Below, piece after piece: positions 30,763-40,908 of a stretch of 64,000 bases of DNA (its first letter is position 1; every line of letters starts with the position of its first letter). The notes beneath the pieces are model-generated. The model ran no database searches. It had not been told where the DNA came from and saw only the letters and a program-made list of their open reading frames with translations. This DNA is from an uncultured Holophagales bacterium (GTDB lineage Bacteria > Acidobacteriota > Thermoanaerobaculia > Multivoradales > UBA5704). Position numbers and translations under genes: made by a program. The stretch is from positions 736,001 to 800,000 of the forward strand of contig CAWJGT010000009.1 of assembly GCA_963842525.1 (NCBI GenBank). The letters are read 5' to 3'.

Positions 30763-31443
30763 TCATCCCCCCTCTCCCGGTCGGGGGGAGGGCGATGGGA
30801 GAGGGGGACAGGGGGTGAGGAACGTCTCCCGCCACCCGCGCGTCGCCGCCAGCAGCTCCAGGGCGCGGTCGAGTCGCGTCTGGTTCTCCGGCTTGACCAG
30901 CCAGGTGCTGCGGCCCGAGGGGTGCGGCAGGGAGATGACTTCGAATTCGATCTCCTCCCGGGCGACCCGGAAGACCTGGCCGACCCGCTCGTGGAGCGGC
31001 GCGGGCTCGGGGAGGAACTTGGCGATGGCGAGTAGGCCCACGGCGATCACGGTGAGCGGCCGGATCAGGCGGATCTCCTCCTCCAGCCAGGGAGCACAGT
31101 TGGCGATCTCCAGCGGAGCGGGCGGACGGTCGCCTCCCTGGGGAGCCCGGCCGGGGAAGCAGCGGATCACCGCCGCCATCCAGACCCGGCGCCGGAACTC
31201 CTCCTCCGAAGCACCCAGCCGCGCGAACCAGGAGAAGAGGCGCGTCCCGGCCGTGAAGGCGAAGGGTATCCCCAGGTCACGCTCCCGCGGCCCGGGGGCC
31301 TGCCCGACCAGCATCATCCGCGGCCAAACTTCGGGCCGGACGATCACCGGCGGCGGCTCGACGGTCGGGCAGATCCGGCACCCCCGCACCTGGGCGATGT
31401 AGCGGTCCAGGGCAGGCCAGTCGAAATGTCCGGATTGCGTCAC
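30763..31443 (-). CDS. Uracil-DNA glycosylase family protein
   Basis: CRIC, VGQAPGPRE, RCFPG, LPHPSGRS. Confidence 0.88.
   Translation of the reverse strand: MTQSGHFDWPALDRYIAQVRGCRICPTVEPPPVIVRPEVWPRMMLVGQAPGPRERDLGIPFAFTAGTRLFSWFARLGASEEEFRRRVWMAAVIRCFPGRAPQGGDRPPAPLEIANCAPWLEEEIRLIRPLTVIAVGLLAIAKFLPEPAPLHERVGQVFRVAREEIEFEVISLPHPSGRSTWLVKPENQTRLDRALELLAATRGWRETFLTPCPPLPSPSPRPGEGG
30768..30820. repeat. REP-like hairpin at the UDG 3' end
   Basis: ccccctctccc...gggagaggggg followed by gggggtgagg. Confidence 0.55.
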
Positions 31444-31479
31444 GCGGCGGATTGTACCTGCGCACCCGCGCCAGGGGAT

Positions 31480-33144
31480 TCAACCCCAGGCAGCCGGACG
31501 CTTGAACACGCCTGACTTCTTGTGCCAGGGACGCTCGGCCAGGAGGAGCAGGAAGGTGTCGACCACCAAGGGATCGAACTGGTGGCCCCGCTCCTTGCGC
31601 AGGACCCCGGTCGCCTGCTCCACGGACAGAGCCCGGCGATAGGAGCGGTCGGTGGTCATGGCGTCAAAGGCGTCGACCACGGAGACGATCCGCGCTCCGA
31701 GGGGGATGCTCTCGCCGCTCAGCCCGCCGGGATAGCCGGGATAGGTCCCGTCCAGCTTGCCGTCGTACCGCTCCTGGTGGTGGCGGACGATCGGGGCGGC
31801 ATCGCGCAGGAGCTCGAGCCGCTCCAGGATCCGCGCGCCGATCTCGGGGTGCCGCTGCATGATCTCGGCCTGCACCGGATCGAGCGGCCCCTTCTTGCGC
31901 AGGATCTCCTCGGGGACGCCGATCTTCCCGATGTCATGGAGCAGGCTCGCATAGTGGAGCATCTCGAGGTCGCGGCCGCGCAACCCCAATCGCGTGCCCA
32001 GGGCCACCGCGTACTCGCTGACCCGCCGGAGGTGCCCTTCCGTGTAGGAGTCCTTGGCCTCGACGGCCTGGGTCAGGGCCTGGACGACGTGCAGCAGGTC
32101 GCGACGGAGGAGGCGGTTGGCGTCCACCAGCTCGTCGCGCAGCCACGCCTCCTGCTCCCGCGACGCGCCGACGAAAGCCCCCACGAGCGACAGGACCAGG
32201 AAATGGCCGGAATGGACCCAGAAGTCGGCTCCCGCTCCCGGCTCGCCGGTCACCGCCGTCATCCCGGCGAGGCCGAGCAGCCAGGCGAGGCCGCTCGCCG
32301 ATGCCGTGATCACCCCGCCGCGCAGGCCATAGCTCAGCGACGCCCAGAGGATCGGCACGAGGTAGGCGAGGACGACCCACGGCCGGCTCTCCGGAAGGAG
32401 GCCCCCCACCGGCACCGCCGCCGCGGTCACGGCCAGCACCAGGACCCCCGCGATGAGCAGGTCGCGTTTCAGGTTCAGCTTACGGCGAGGCGACGCGACC
32501 AGGACCGTCTCGGCGCCGACCGCTTCGACGACCTCGGGGGTCAGGCCGAGCCGCCGCGGCCGGCGGGCTGGCAGCTCGCCGGGGATCGGCACCATCCAGC
32601 GGCGCAGCAACCGGTCCGCGGTCAGCAGCATCGGCGGCGCCAGGAGCACGGCGCCGACGAGAGCGGTCGCGGTCCAGGTCCAGAACCCGCGCGGGCCCCG
32701 GCCTGCGAGAGCGAAGAGCATCCCGCCGACGAGCCCGCCCAGCGCCACGCTGCCAAGGAGCCAGAGGTGCGAGCGCAGATTGGGGAGCCCCCGGCCGACC
32801 TCCGGCACGGAGCGGAAGACGAGGTACGCGGACGCACCGAGGGCCGCCGACGCGAGCGCCGCCACCAGGGCCGCGAGGAGGTCTCCCCGCAACGCCCAGA
32901 CCGTGAGGAGATGCGCCACGGCGCAACCGGCCACCGCCGGCCAGCCGAGGAGCAGACCGGCACAGCCGGAGAGGGCCGGCGAGCCCCAGCCGCCCACCAG
33001 CCCGCCGGCGATCCCCGCCGCCGCCCCTGCGCCGAAGCGGATGCCCCGTGCCTCCCCGCGGAGCAGGTCACCAAGCCGCCGCACCGTCAGGGTCAGACCC
33101 GACGTGACGGACGCGGCACGATGCGGCTGGGTGAGGATGCTCAT
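31480..33144 (-). CDS. Membrane-bound HD-GYP phosphodiesterase
   Basis: Multiple TM helices; EAKDSYTEGH, LLHDIGKIG, HHQERYDG...GYP, VDAFDAMT. Confidence 0.9.
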   Translation of the reverse strand: MSILTQPHRAASVTSGLTLTVRRLGDLLRGEARGIRFGAGAAAGIAGGLVGGWGSPALSGCAGLLLGWPAVAGCAVAHLLTVWALRGDLLAALVAALASAALGASAYLVFRSVPEVGRGLPNLRSHLWLLGSVALGGLVGGMLFALAGRGPRGFWTWTATALVGAVLLAPPMLLTADRLLRRWMVPIPGELPARRPRRLGLTPEVVEAVGAETVLVASPRRKLNLKRDLLIAGVLVLAVTAAAVPVGGLLPESRPWVVLAYLVPILWASLSYGLRGGVITASASGLAWLLGLAGMTAVTGEPGAGADFWVHSGHFLVLSLVGAFVGASREQEAWLRDELVDANRLLRRDLLHVVQALTQAVEAKDSYTEGHLRRVSEYAVALGTRLGLRGRDLEMLHYASLLHDIGKIGVPEEILRKKGPLDPVQAEIMQRHPEIGARILERLELLRDAAPIVRHHQERYDGKLDGTYPGYPGGLSGESIPLGARIVSVVDAFDAMTTDRSYRRALSVEQATGVLRKERGHQFDPLVVDTFLLLLAERPWHKKSGVFKRPAAWG

Positions 33145-33158
33145 GTCCCTCTCGCGGG

Positions 33159-33446
33159 TCAGGGCTTGGCGGGCGTCCCGGCCGCCGCCTCCGGAAGCGG
33201 AGCTGGAGGCGGAGACAGCACCTCCACCGCCGGCTCCCACCAGGGCTCGCCGGGGTCGAAGGCCTCTCCTTCGTGGGCACAGGGGGCCGCGATGTGATCC
33301 CTGCCGTAGATGGGTTTGCCCACGTGCCGGTTGCGGTGGAGCGGATAAATGCTGCCGCAGACGACGCAGAACCGGCCGAGGTCCCGGCCGTGCCGCTCCT
33401 CCGGGAGTTGGCTCTGCGGCGCCGCGTGCGGGGCTCGATAGACCAT
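33159..33446 (-). CDS. Small hypothetical protein, possible zinc ribbon
   Basis: FCVVCG...H...C.H; fills the gap between ndk and HD-GYP. Confidence 0.6.
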   Translation of the reverse strand: MVYRAPHAAPQSQLPEERHGRDLGRFCVVCGSIYPLHRNRHVGKPIYGRDHIAAPCAHEGEAFDPGEPWWEPAVEVLSPPPAPLPEAAAGTPAKP

Positions 33447-33457
33447 TCGTCGATACC

Positions 33458-33880
33458 CTAGCGGGCCGCCAACAGCTCGGAGGAGGAGAAGAAGAAGGCC
33501 AGCTCGATCGCGGCGTTCTCGGCCGAGTCGCTGCCGTGGATGGCGTTGTGCTCGATCGAGGTCCCGAAGAGCTGCCGGATCGTCCCGGGCGCGGCCTTGG
33601 CGACATCCGTCGCGCCCATCACCTCGCGCAGGTAGGGCACCGCGTTGTCACGCTCCAGCGCGACCGGAATCACCGGTCCGCTGGTCATGAAGTCCACGAG
33701 GCTGCCGTAGAACGGCCGTTCCCTGTGGACCTCATAAAAGGCCTGGGCTTGAGCTTGTGTCAGACGCAACATTTTCAGTCCACGAACGACAAAACCTGCG
33801 TCATACAGTTTAGCAATAATCCTGCCAGCATGCCCAGCCGCGACGGCGTCGGGCTTGATGATCGCGAGAGTCCTGTCCAT
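33458..33880 (-). CDS. ndk: Nucleoside diphosphate kinase
   Basis: RTLAIIKPDAV, FMTSGP, PGTIR, NAIHGSDS. Confidence 0.97.
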   Translation of the reverse strand: MDRTLAIIKPDAVAAGHAGRIIAKLYDAGFVVRGLKMLRLTQAQAQAFYEVHRERPFYGSLVDFMTSGPVIPVALERDNAVPYLREVMGATDVAKAAPGTIRQLFGTSIEHNAIHGSDSAENAAIELAFFFSSSELLAAR

Positions 33881-33945
33881 GTCGAGTCATCTCCTCTTTC
33901 AACAGCAGTAGTTTCTTCGAGTCGTGTAAAAAGGGGTGACGGCGC

Positions 33946-34623
33946 TCAGCCGTTCCCAAGGATTTCCAGGTCTTCATCCGGACCGACCACCCGGAAGGCC
34001 TCGCCGACCACCTCCAGGGCGCCGTCCGGACCGAGCAGCACCGCCGACTCGGCTGGGATGCCCAGCCCCCAGCTCACTCCCTCGATGCCGAGGAGCTTAC
34101 GAAGCCGGCGGTCGTGGCCGGGATCGAAATTCGGCTCGACCACCCCGTCGGGGAGCCAGCCGAATCCGGGGACGGTTCGCCCCGGGGCGATGCTGCGCGC
34201 CACCCGTCCGGCCGCCTGCGCCGCGGCGGCGATCGCCACGACCATGCCGCCATCCCGGAGCTTGCGGGCCAGGGCCTCGGCAGCCGGCGTACCGGCGACG
34301 GCTTCGAGCAGGTGATCGGTCACGCCGCCGCCGAGGTAGACCGCCGGGACGGCGTCGATCCGTTCGGCGTTGCGTCCCCGGCGGCCGTCGCGCGACCGGT
34401 AGATGGGGATGACCTCCAGCTCCCGGTCGAACTGCTCCCGCATGTACTCGGCATAGTGCCGTGGATAGTCGTCCGAGCCGCTGGCCGCCGGGATGAACCC
34501 GACCGGCCCCGGCGCCGTCTTCTCGATCCAGGCGTAGTCCGCATCGACCGTATCGCCGAAGCTGAACTCCCCGCCCCCGAGGAGCGCCAGCCAGCCGCGG
34601 CCCGGGGTGCGGAGGGGGGTCAC
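33946..34623 (-). CDS. Peptidase S51/cyanophycinase-like protein, catalytic residues altered
   Basis: [29 protein letters not shown]; GTG overlaps the sucD stop. Confidence 0.75.
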   Translation of the reverse strand: MTPLRTPGRGWLALLGGGEFSFGDTVDADYAWIEKTAPGPVGFIPAASGSDDYPRHYAEYMREQFDRELEVIPIYRSRDGRRGRNAERIDAVPAVYLGGGVTDHLLEAVAGTPAAEALARKLRDGGMVVAIAAAAQAAGRVARSIAPGRTVPGFGWLPDGVVEPNFDPGHDRRLRKLLGIEGVSWGLGIPAESAVLLGPDGALEVVGEAFRVVGPDEDLEILGNG

Positions 34624-35501
34624 CCCCCCAGCACCTTCGCCATCATCGCCCCCATCTCGGCCGGCGACTCCACCACATGAATCCCGGCGGCGCGCATCGC
34701 CTCCATCTTCTCCTGCGCCGTGCCCTTGCCGCCGGCGACGATGGCGCCGGCATGGCCCATCCGCCGCCCCGGCGGCGCGGTGCGGCCGGCGATGAAGCCC
34801 ACGACCGGATTCTTGTAGTTGGCCGCGATCCATTCGGCGGCCTGCTCCTCGGCGCTGCCGCCGATCTCGCCGATCATGATCACCCCTGCGGTGCCGGGGT
34901 CTTCGGCGAAGGCCTGGAAGACGTCGAGGAAATTCGTCCCGTTGACCGGATCGCCGCCGATGCCGACGCAGGTCGACTGCCCGAGGCCGGCGTTCGAGAG
35001 CTGCCAGACCGCCTCGTAGGTGAGCGTGCCCGAGCGGCTGACCACGCCGATCGTCCCGGGCTTGTGGATGTGGCCCGGCATGATGCCGATCTTGGCCGCG
35101 CCCGGCGAGATGATGCCCGGGCAGTTGGGGCCGATCAATCGGGTGGGGCGCGTCGGATGGTCGCGCAGGAACGCCTTGACCTTGAGCATGTCGTTGACCG
35201 GGATGCCTTCGGTGATGGCGATCACCAGCTCGACACCGGCATCGGCGGCCTCCATGACCGCGTCGGCGGCGAACGGCGGCGGCACGAAGATCAGGGAGGT
35301 ATTGGCACCGGTGGCCTCGCGGGCCTCGGCGACCGAGTCAAAGACCGGGATCCCCTCGACCGACTCGCCGCCCTTGCCGGGAGTGACGCCGGCCACCACC
35401 TGGGTCCCGTAGTCGCGGCAGGCGAGGGCGTGGAAGGTGCCCTCCTTGCCGGTGATGCCCTGCACGAGCAGGCGCGTGTCCTGGTTCGCCCAGATCGCCA
35501 T
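34620..35501 (-). CDS. sucD: Succinate-CoA ligase alpha subunit
   Basis: [29 protein letters not shown]. Confidence 0.97.
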   Translation of the reverse strand: MAIWANQDTRLLVQGITGKEGTFHALACRDYGTQVVAGVTPGKGGESVEGIPVFDSVAEAREATGANTSLIFVPPPFAADAVMEAADAGVELVIAITEGIPVNDMLKVKAFLRDHPTRPTRLIGPNCPGIISPGAAKIGIMPGHIHKPGTIGVVSRSGTLTYEAVWQLSNAGLGQSTCVGIGGDPVNGTNFLDVFQAFAEDPGTAGVIMIGEIGGSAEEQAAEWIAANYKNPVVGFIAGRTAPPGRRMGHAGAIVAGGKGTAQEKMEAMRAAGIHVVESPAEMGAMMAKVLGG

Positions 35502-35504
35502 GGC

Positions 35505-36674
<1,170 letters not shown>

Positions 36675-36867
36675 GACGATCTCCTCCGAGACGTGTCCAA
36701 GAGACGGATTCGGAACGGAATCCCCCCGGCAGGGGGTTTCAGGTGCCCCCGGGACGGCAGGGCCGGGTTGGGAGCATATCAGAGGGGCGGGATCGCGCCA
36801 TCCGGCCCTCAGGAATCCAGCCTTCATGGGGGCAGAATGATCACCTCTCGGTGAATCAGCGCTGGCT

Positions 36868-38045
36868 CTACGGACGGAGGGTGAGCGTCCTACGACGCCC
36901 GTTCGCGGCGATCAGTTCCTCCATCAACCCGGCGAGTCCCCGGAAGCCAACCTCGAGCTCGCCGAAGGTCTTTTCGAAGGGCCGCTCGACATCGATCGCC
37001 AACACCCGGAGGGCGCTGTCCGGATAGAGCTGATGAAAGGCGCGCAGGTTCCGCGGGTCGAAGTCGTTCGCCGATGCCTTGCACTCGATGGCGAGCGGCG
37101 GCCGGCCGCGCCGGGGCACGACCAGATCGACTTCGTGGCCCCGCTTGTTGCGCCAGTAGTGGATACCGGTGCGCGGCAGATGGGTGTGGAGCTCGTTGAG
37201 CACGTAATGCTCCCAGAGCAGCCCGCGATCCTCCGGGCGCAGAGTCAACCAGCCTTTGTGATAGCACACGAACCCGCTGTCGAACCCGTAGACTTTGGGC
37301 GCGGCCACGATCTCGGAGGCGGCTCCGGACTCGCTGAACGGCCGTAAGATGTGGGCCACGTGAGTGGCCTCCAGAACCGCCAGGTAGTTCGTGATGGTGG
37401 TCCGGCTGACCTCGCAGGCGCGCGAAAAGCGGGTGGCTTCGAAGATCCCGCCGCTCTGGGCGAGCAGCAGCTCGAAAAAGCGCTGGAACGAGCTTCGCCG
37501 TTCGAGGCGGAAGAGCTCCAGCACGTCTTTAGCCCAGAAGGCGTCGAGCCACTCCTGGAAGTCGGCCTCCGGCAGCTCTTCGGCGAGGAAAAACGGCGGC
37601 AACCCGCCCCGGAGCAGCCGGTGATCGAGATCGGGACGCCCGAAATCGGCGAGGTCGGCGGCGCTCAGGGGGTGAGCCAGATCTCCTCCTTCCGCCCTGC
37701 CAGGGTGTCGCGAAAGCGGGCTGAGGCGCCGAGCGTCGAGGAGCCGGTCGCCAGAACCTGCGTGGAGGAGAAGTGGTCGGCCGCGATCTTGAGCAGCTCG
37801 GAAGGGTTGCTCAGACGATGGATCTCGTCGAGGACGACCCGCCTGCCTTCGAGACGCTGCAGGAAAGCTTCCGGATCCTCCATCTCTCTGCGGGTGCGCG
37901 GTAGCTCACAGTCGAAGTATTCGACGTCCGGGAGGCTCTGGCAGAGACTGGTCTTGCCCACCCGCCGGACGCCGGTCAACCAGACGACGCTCTTGCGCTC
38001 CCAGGCGCTGAGAAGGCGCTGCTGCCAGAAAGTGCGGGCGTACAT
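36868..38045 (-). CDS. AAA+ ATPase with DUF4143 domain (frameshift ~37660)
   Basis: GVRRVGKT, VLDEIH, TGSS...LAGR; PKVYGFDSG, YWRNKRGHEVD, IECK. Confidence 0.88.
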
Positions 38046-38146
38046 GCAGCTAGTCTGGCAAATAGTGGCACTCAACGCAAATTGGCTTGCGTTTGGTCCC
38101 GCTCTGTGAAGCCCGGCATCTGAACCCGCGACGCGGGCGCAATGGC

Positions 38147-39290
38147 TCAGACCTTGATGAAGATCCGCCGCCGGTACAGGACGGCCATCAAGCCCAACCA
38201 GATCGCGACGTAGGTCAGAGCCCAGGCGATCGAGGAGACGTAGTCCGGCAGCCAGGCGCCGAACGAGTGGCGATACAGCCAGGCCTGCAGGTTGACGGGC
38301 TCGCCCGTCGGCCCGGTCCAGCGGATCAGCAGGATGATCTTTGCCAGCAACGTGCTGCCGAAAAAGGCGGCGATGGCATTGGTGCCGAAGATCGAGAAGG
38401 GCCGCGCCCAGCCGTCGCGACGCTTCATGTCGACGAGGTAGTAGACCGCGGCGACCAGCAGCAGGGCCATACCGGTGGTCAACACGACGTAGGTGGAGGT
38501 CCAGAGGTTCTTGTTGATCGGAAACCACGGATGGAGGGCGAGCCCGGCGACCGTGGCAGAGCATCCCCAGAGGAGCAGGCCCCGGAGCTTCTCCCGAGGG
38601 GCTCGCTGCGACCGCAGCCAGTCGCCGGCGAACAGACCGGCCAGGGCGGAGGCGATGGCGGGCACGGTGCTCAAGATCCCTTCCGGATCTCCGGGACCTG
38701 GCGCCTTCTTCCAGGTGTGATGGCCGAGAAGGGCATGGTCGACCCAGGCGGCGAAGTTGCCCTGCGGGCTCAAGTCCCCGGTGCCCTGCCCGGGCACCGG
38801 CACCAGCACCATCGCCAGCCAGTAGCCGGCGAGCAGCACGAGCGCCAGGATCGCCCGCGACCGGGGCCCGAGGTGGAGCCAGGCAAGCGCGGCGCAGAGG
38901 TAGACGACGGCGATCCGCTGCAGGACACCGGGGATGCGGGCGGCCGACCAGTCGACCGTGTAGAACGGAAACCAGCTCAGGAACAGGCCGAGAGCGAAGA
39001 GGATGACGCTACGCCGCACGATCTGCCGGTGCAGCGGACCACGATCGCCGCCGGATCGCGCCAGGCGCCCGGCAAAGGCGTACGGGATGGCGACCCCGAC
39101 CGCGAAGAGGAAGAAGGGAAAGATGAGGTCGGTTGGCGTCCAGCCATGCCACTCGGCGTGCAGGAGCGGAGCGTAGGTCTTGTCCCAGTCCCCGGCATTG
39201 TTCACCAGGATCATGGCGGCGATGGTCGCTCCCCGGAAGACGTCGAGGGAGCCCAGGCGGTCCGGGGGCGGGTTGATGTTAATGGATCCT
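38147..39290 (-). CDS. Heparan-alpha-glucosaminide N-acetyltransferase-like membrane protein (start uncertain)
   Basis: RLGSLDVFRG, HAEWHG..PTDLIFPFF, GVLQRIA, DPEGILS, PINKNLWT. Confidence 0.88.
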
Positions 39291-39317
39291 AGCACTCGGG
39301 CGGAGCCGTTCAGACCA

Positions 39318-39455
39318 TTACGAGATGCTCTGACGTAGCGCCTGGAGCCACCGATAGTGGGATGGAGTGATCGAAGGTAACAAGCCTTCCTCCATGTCGA
39401 CATGGTCTGCATCCAGTAGCGCGAGGAGCACGTCGATGTCGAGGAGTGCTCGCAT
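39318..39455 (-). pseudogene. Truncated PIN/VapC toxin
   Basis: MRALLDIDVLLALLDADHV then unrelated sequence, stop after 45 aa; TGATG-coupled to the antitoxin. Confidence 0.7.
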
Positions 39456-39697
39456 CAGCCGAGGTCGTCTTCGCGGAGCTTGTCAATCAGCTCGTTGGAA
39501 ACCGGCCTCCCGCGGGGCGGCAATGGCTCGAAGCCATAGAAGCGCTCCGGCTCCTTGGCATCAGCGGCCCCATACCGCTGTTTCAGAGCCTCCCTGGCGA
39601 GCTCGGACAAGAAATCACCGGCACTGCGCTTTTGCCGTCGCGCCCTGTCTTTAACCGCCCGCATGACATCGTCTGCGATGTCGAAAGTCGTACGCAT
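39455..39697 (-). CDS. VapB-like ribbon-helix-helix antitoxin
   Basis: MRTTFDIADDV...A......S.G...SELAR...VSNELIDKLR. Confidence 0.85.
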   Translation of the reverse strand: MRTTFDIADDVMRAVKDRARRQKRSAGDFLSELAREALKQRYGAADAKEPERFYGFEPLPPRGRPVSNELIDKLREDDLG

Positions 39698-39908
39698 ACG
39701 TCAGATGCTAGCACAAGGCAGTCACGGCCGGCCCCCGAATAGGTCCGAATAAACGTTTGGCTCCTCCGCTGGCACCAAACAACTCGCCTGGTCTCCCACC
39801 TTCAAAGAAGGCGGGGCCTTCGGCCCATTGTCTTGATGATGCCGGCGGGACGCCGGCGCTCCCAGGGGTACACGCCGACACCTTTGTGTTCGTTTGAACC
39901 CTGGCACC

Positions 39909-40427
39909 TTAATTCGCGCGCGCTGGGCGCCGCCGGGTTCGCCTGGCACGTCCGAGCAGTGCGCGGAGGGCGCGGACCCAGGGTGTCCACGCCCGCGCGG
40001 CTGGTGGCTGGCCGGTCGCGGCGGCGGCGCGGTTGAACGCGTCCTCAATCAGCGCGTCATGCAGCGGCCGGAACACGACCGGCCAGGTCAGGCGCGCGGG
40101 GCCGACTGTCCGCATCAGGAGCTCGTGCCGGAGGCGTGTTCCAGAATCCCCGTCCGGCTCTACCACGAGGGCGTGCGTCCCGAGAAACCCTGGGGGCCCT
40201 GTGAAGTGGAAGCGGATGAGGCGGCCCGGCTCGTACGCTTCGACCGTATAGCGGATAGGCCCATGCCCGCCGACAGCTCCGACGGCCAGCGGCCGGTCCA
40301 GGCGCATGGCCGGCCAGCGCTGAAAGGGCCAGAGCTGGTCGCCGGGGCTGGCGAGGGTATCCAGGAGCGCTCCGACCTGCGAGGGTGGTACCGGGAGGAG
40401 TCGCTCGTGTATATTGCGGACCGGCAT
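39909..40427 (-). CDS. SRPBCC-family protein
   Basis: NIHERLL, GHGPIRY.V..YEPG, RPLHDALIED. Confidence 0.8.
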   Translation of the reverse strand: MPVRNIHERLLPVPPSQVGALLDTLASPGDQLWPFQRWPAMRLDRPLAVGAVGGHGPIRYTVEAYEPGRLIRFHFTGPPGFLGTHALVVEPDGDSGTRLRHELLMRTVGPARLTWPVVFRPLHDALIEDAFNRAAAATGQPPAARAWTPWVRALRALLGRARRTRRRPARAN

Positions 40428-40742
40428 GGCACGCCTCCTTGAGCCCAGCGGCAGGAAGAGAGCTCGTGGCGGGCCTAACTGTATCAGCTCACCGGGCCTG
40501 GCGACGAGGAGGAGGCGAGACGCCGTTGGGAGGGGCTTCGGGACGATTCTGAAGCCCTCCAGAAGTTTTTCCAGGGCTTCGGATCGGCCCTCAAGCCTTC
40601 CGGGAAAGATCCGGACGGCTGAAAAAATTTCTGGAAGACAACTCCCTTGGCATCACCGGGCGGAATCTCCGGGGACACCCCGGCCGGCCGTGTCCATCCC
40701 GAGCATAGCGAAGATCTGGGGATGGGGAAGCTCCGAGCCCCG

Positions 40743-40862
40743 CCCAGCCGCCGTAGAGCTCGTCGTTGGCCCCCTCCCGCAGTTGGTCGTGGGTTGACGG
40801 TCAGCCGGCAGGAGTCTTCGATCCGCTCGATCTCCCAGGTGACTCTCGAGGTCCTCTCGAGG
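40743..40862 (-). pseudogene. Internal fragment of an SRPBCC/AHSA1 gene
   Basis: TSRVTWEIERIEDSCRLTV / HDQLR / ANDELYGGW across frames; no start or end. Confidence 0.6.
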
Positions 40863-40908
40863 TCCACTCGCTCTTGACGCGCACGCGCCGTTTGGTCACG
40901 ACGAGGCC

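Larger units (their letters stand above)
24500..30767. mobile_element. Integrative, phage-satellite-like element (boundaries approximate)
   Basis: Integrase, AlpA, Rep-like and DnaC-like genes and recombinase-like genes between mtrB-like and UDG genes; no structural phage genes. Confidence 0.75.

Noticed and set aside
30610-30770. tRNA or tmRNA integration target beside the integrase
   Set aside because: No cloverleaf, T-loop GTTCRA or CCA end visible
33159-33446. Small Cys/His protein as a RiPP precursor or toxin
   Set aside because: No modifying enzymes or leader pattern; sits in a housekeeping operon
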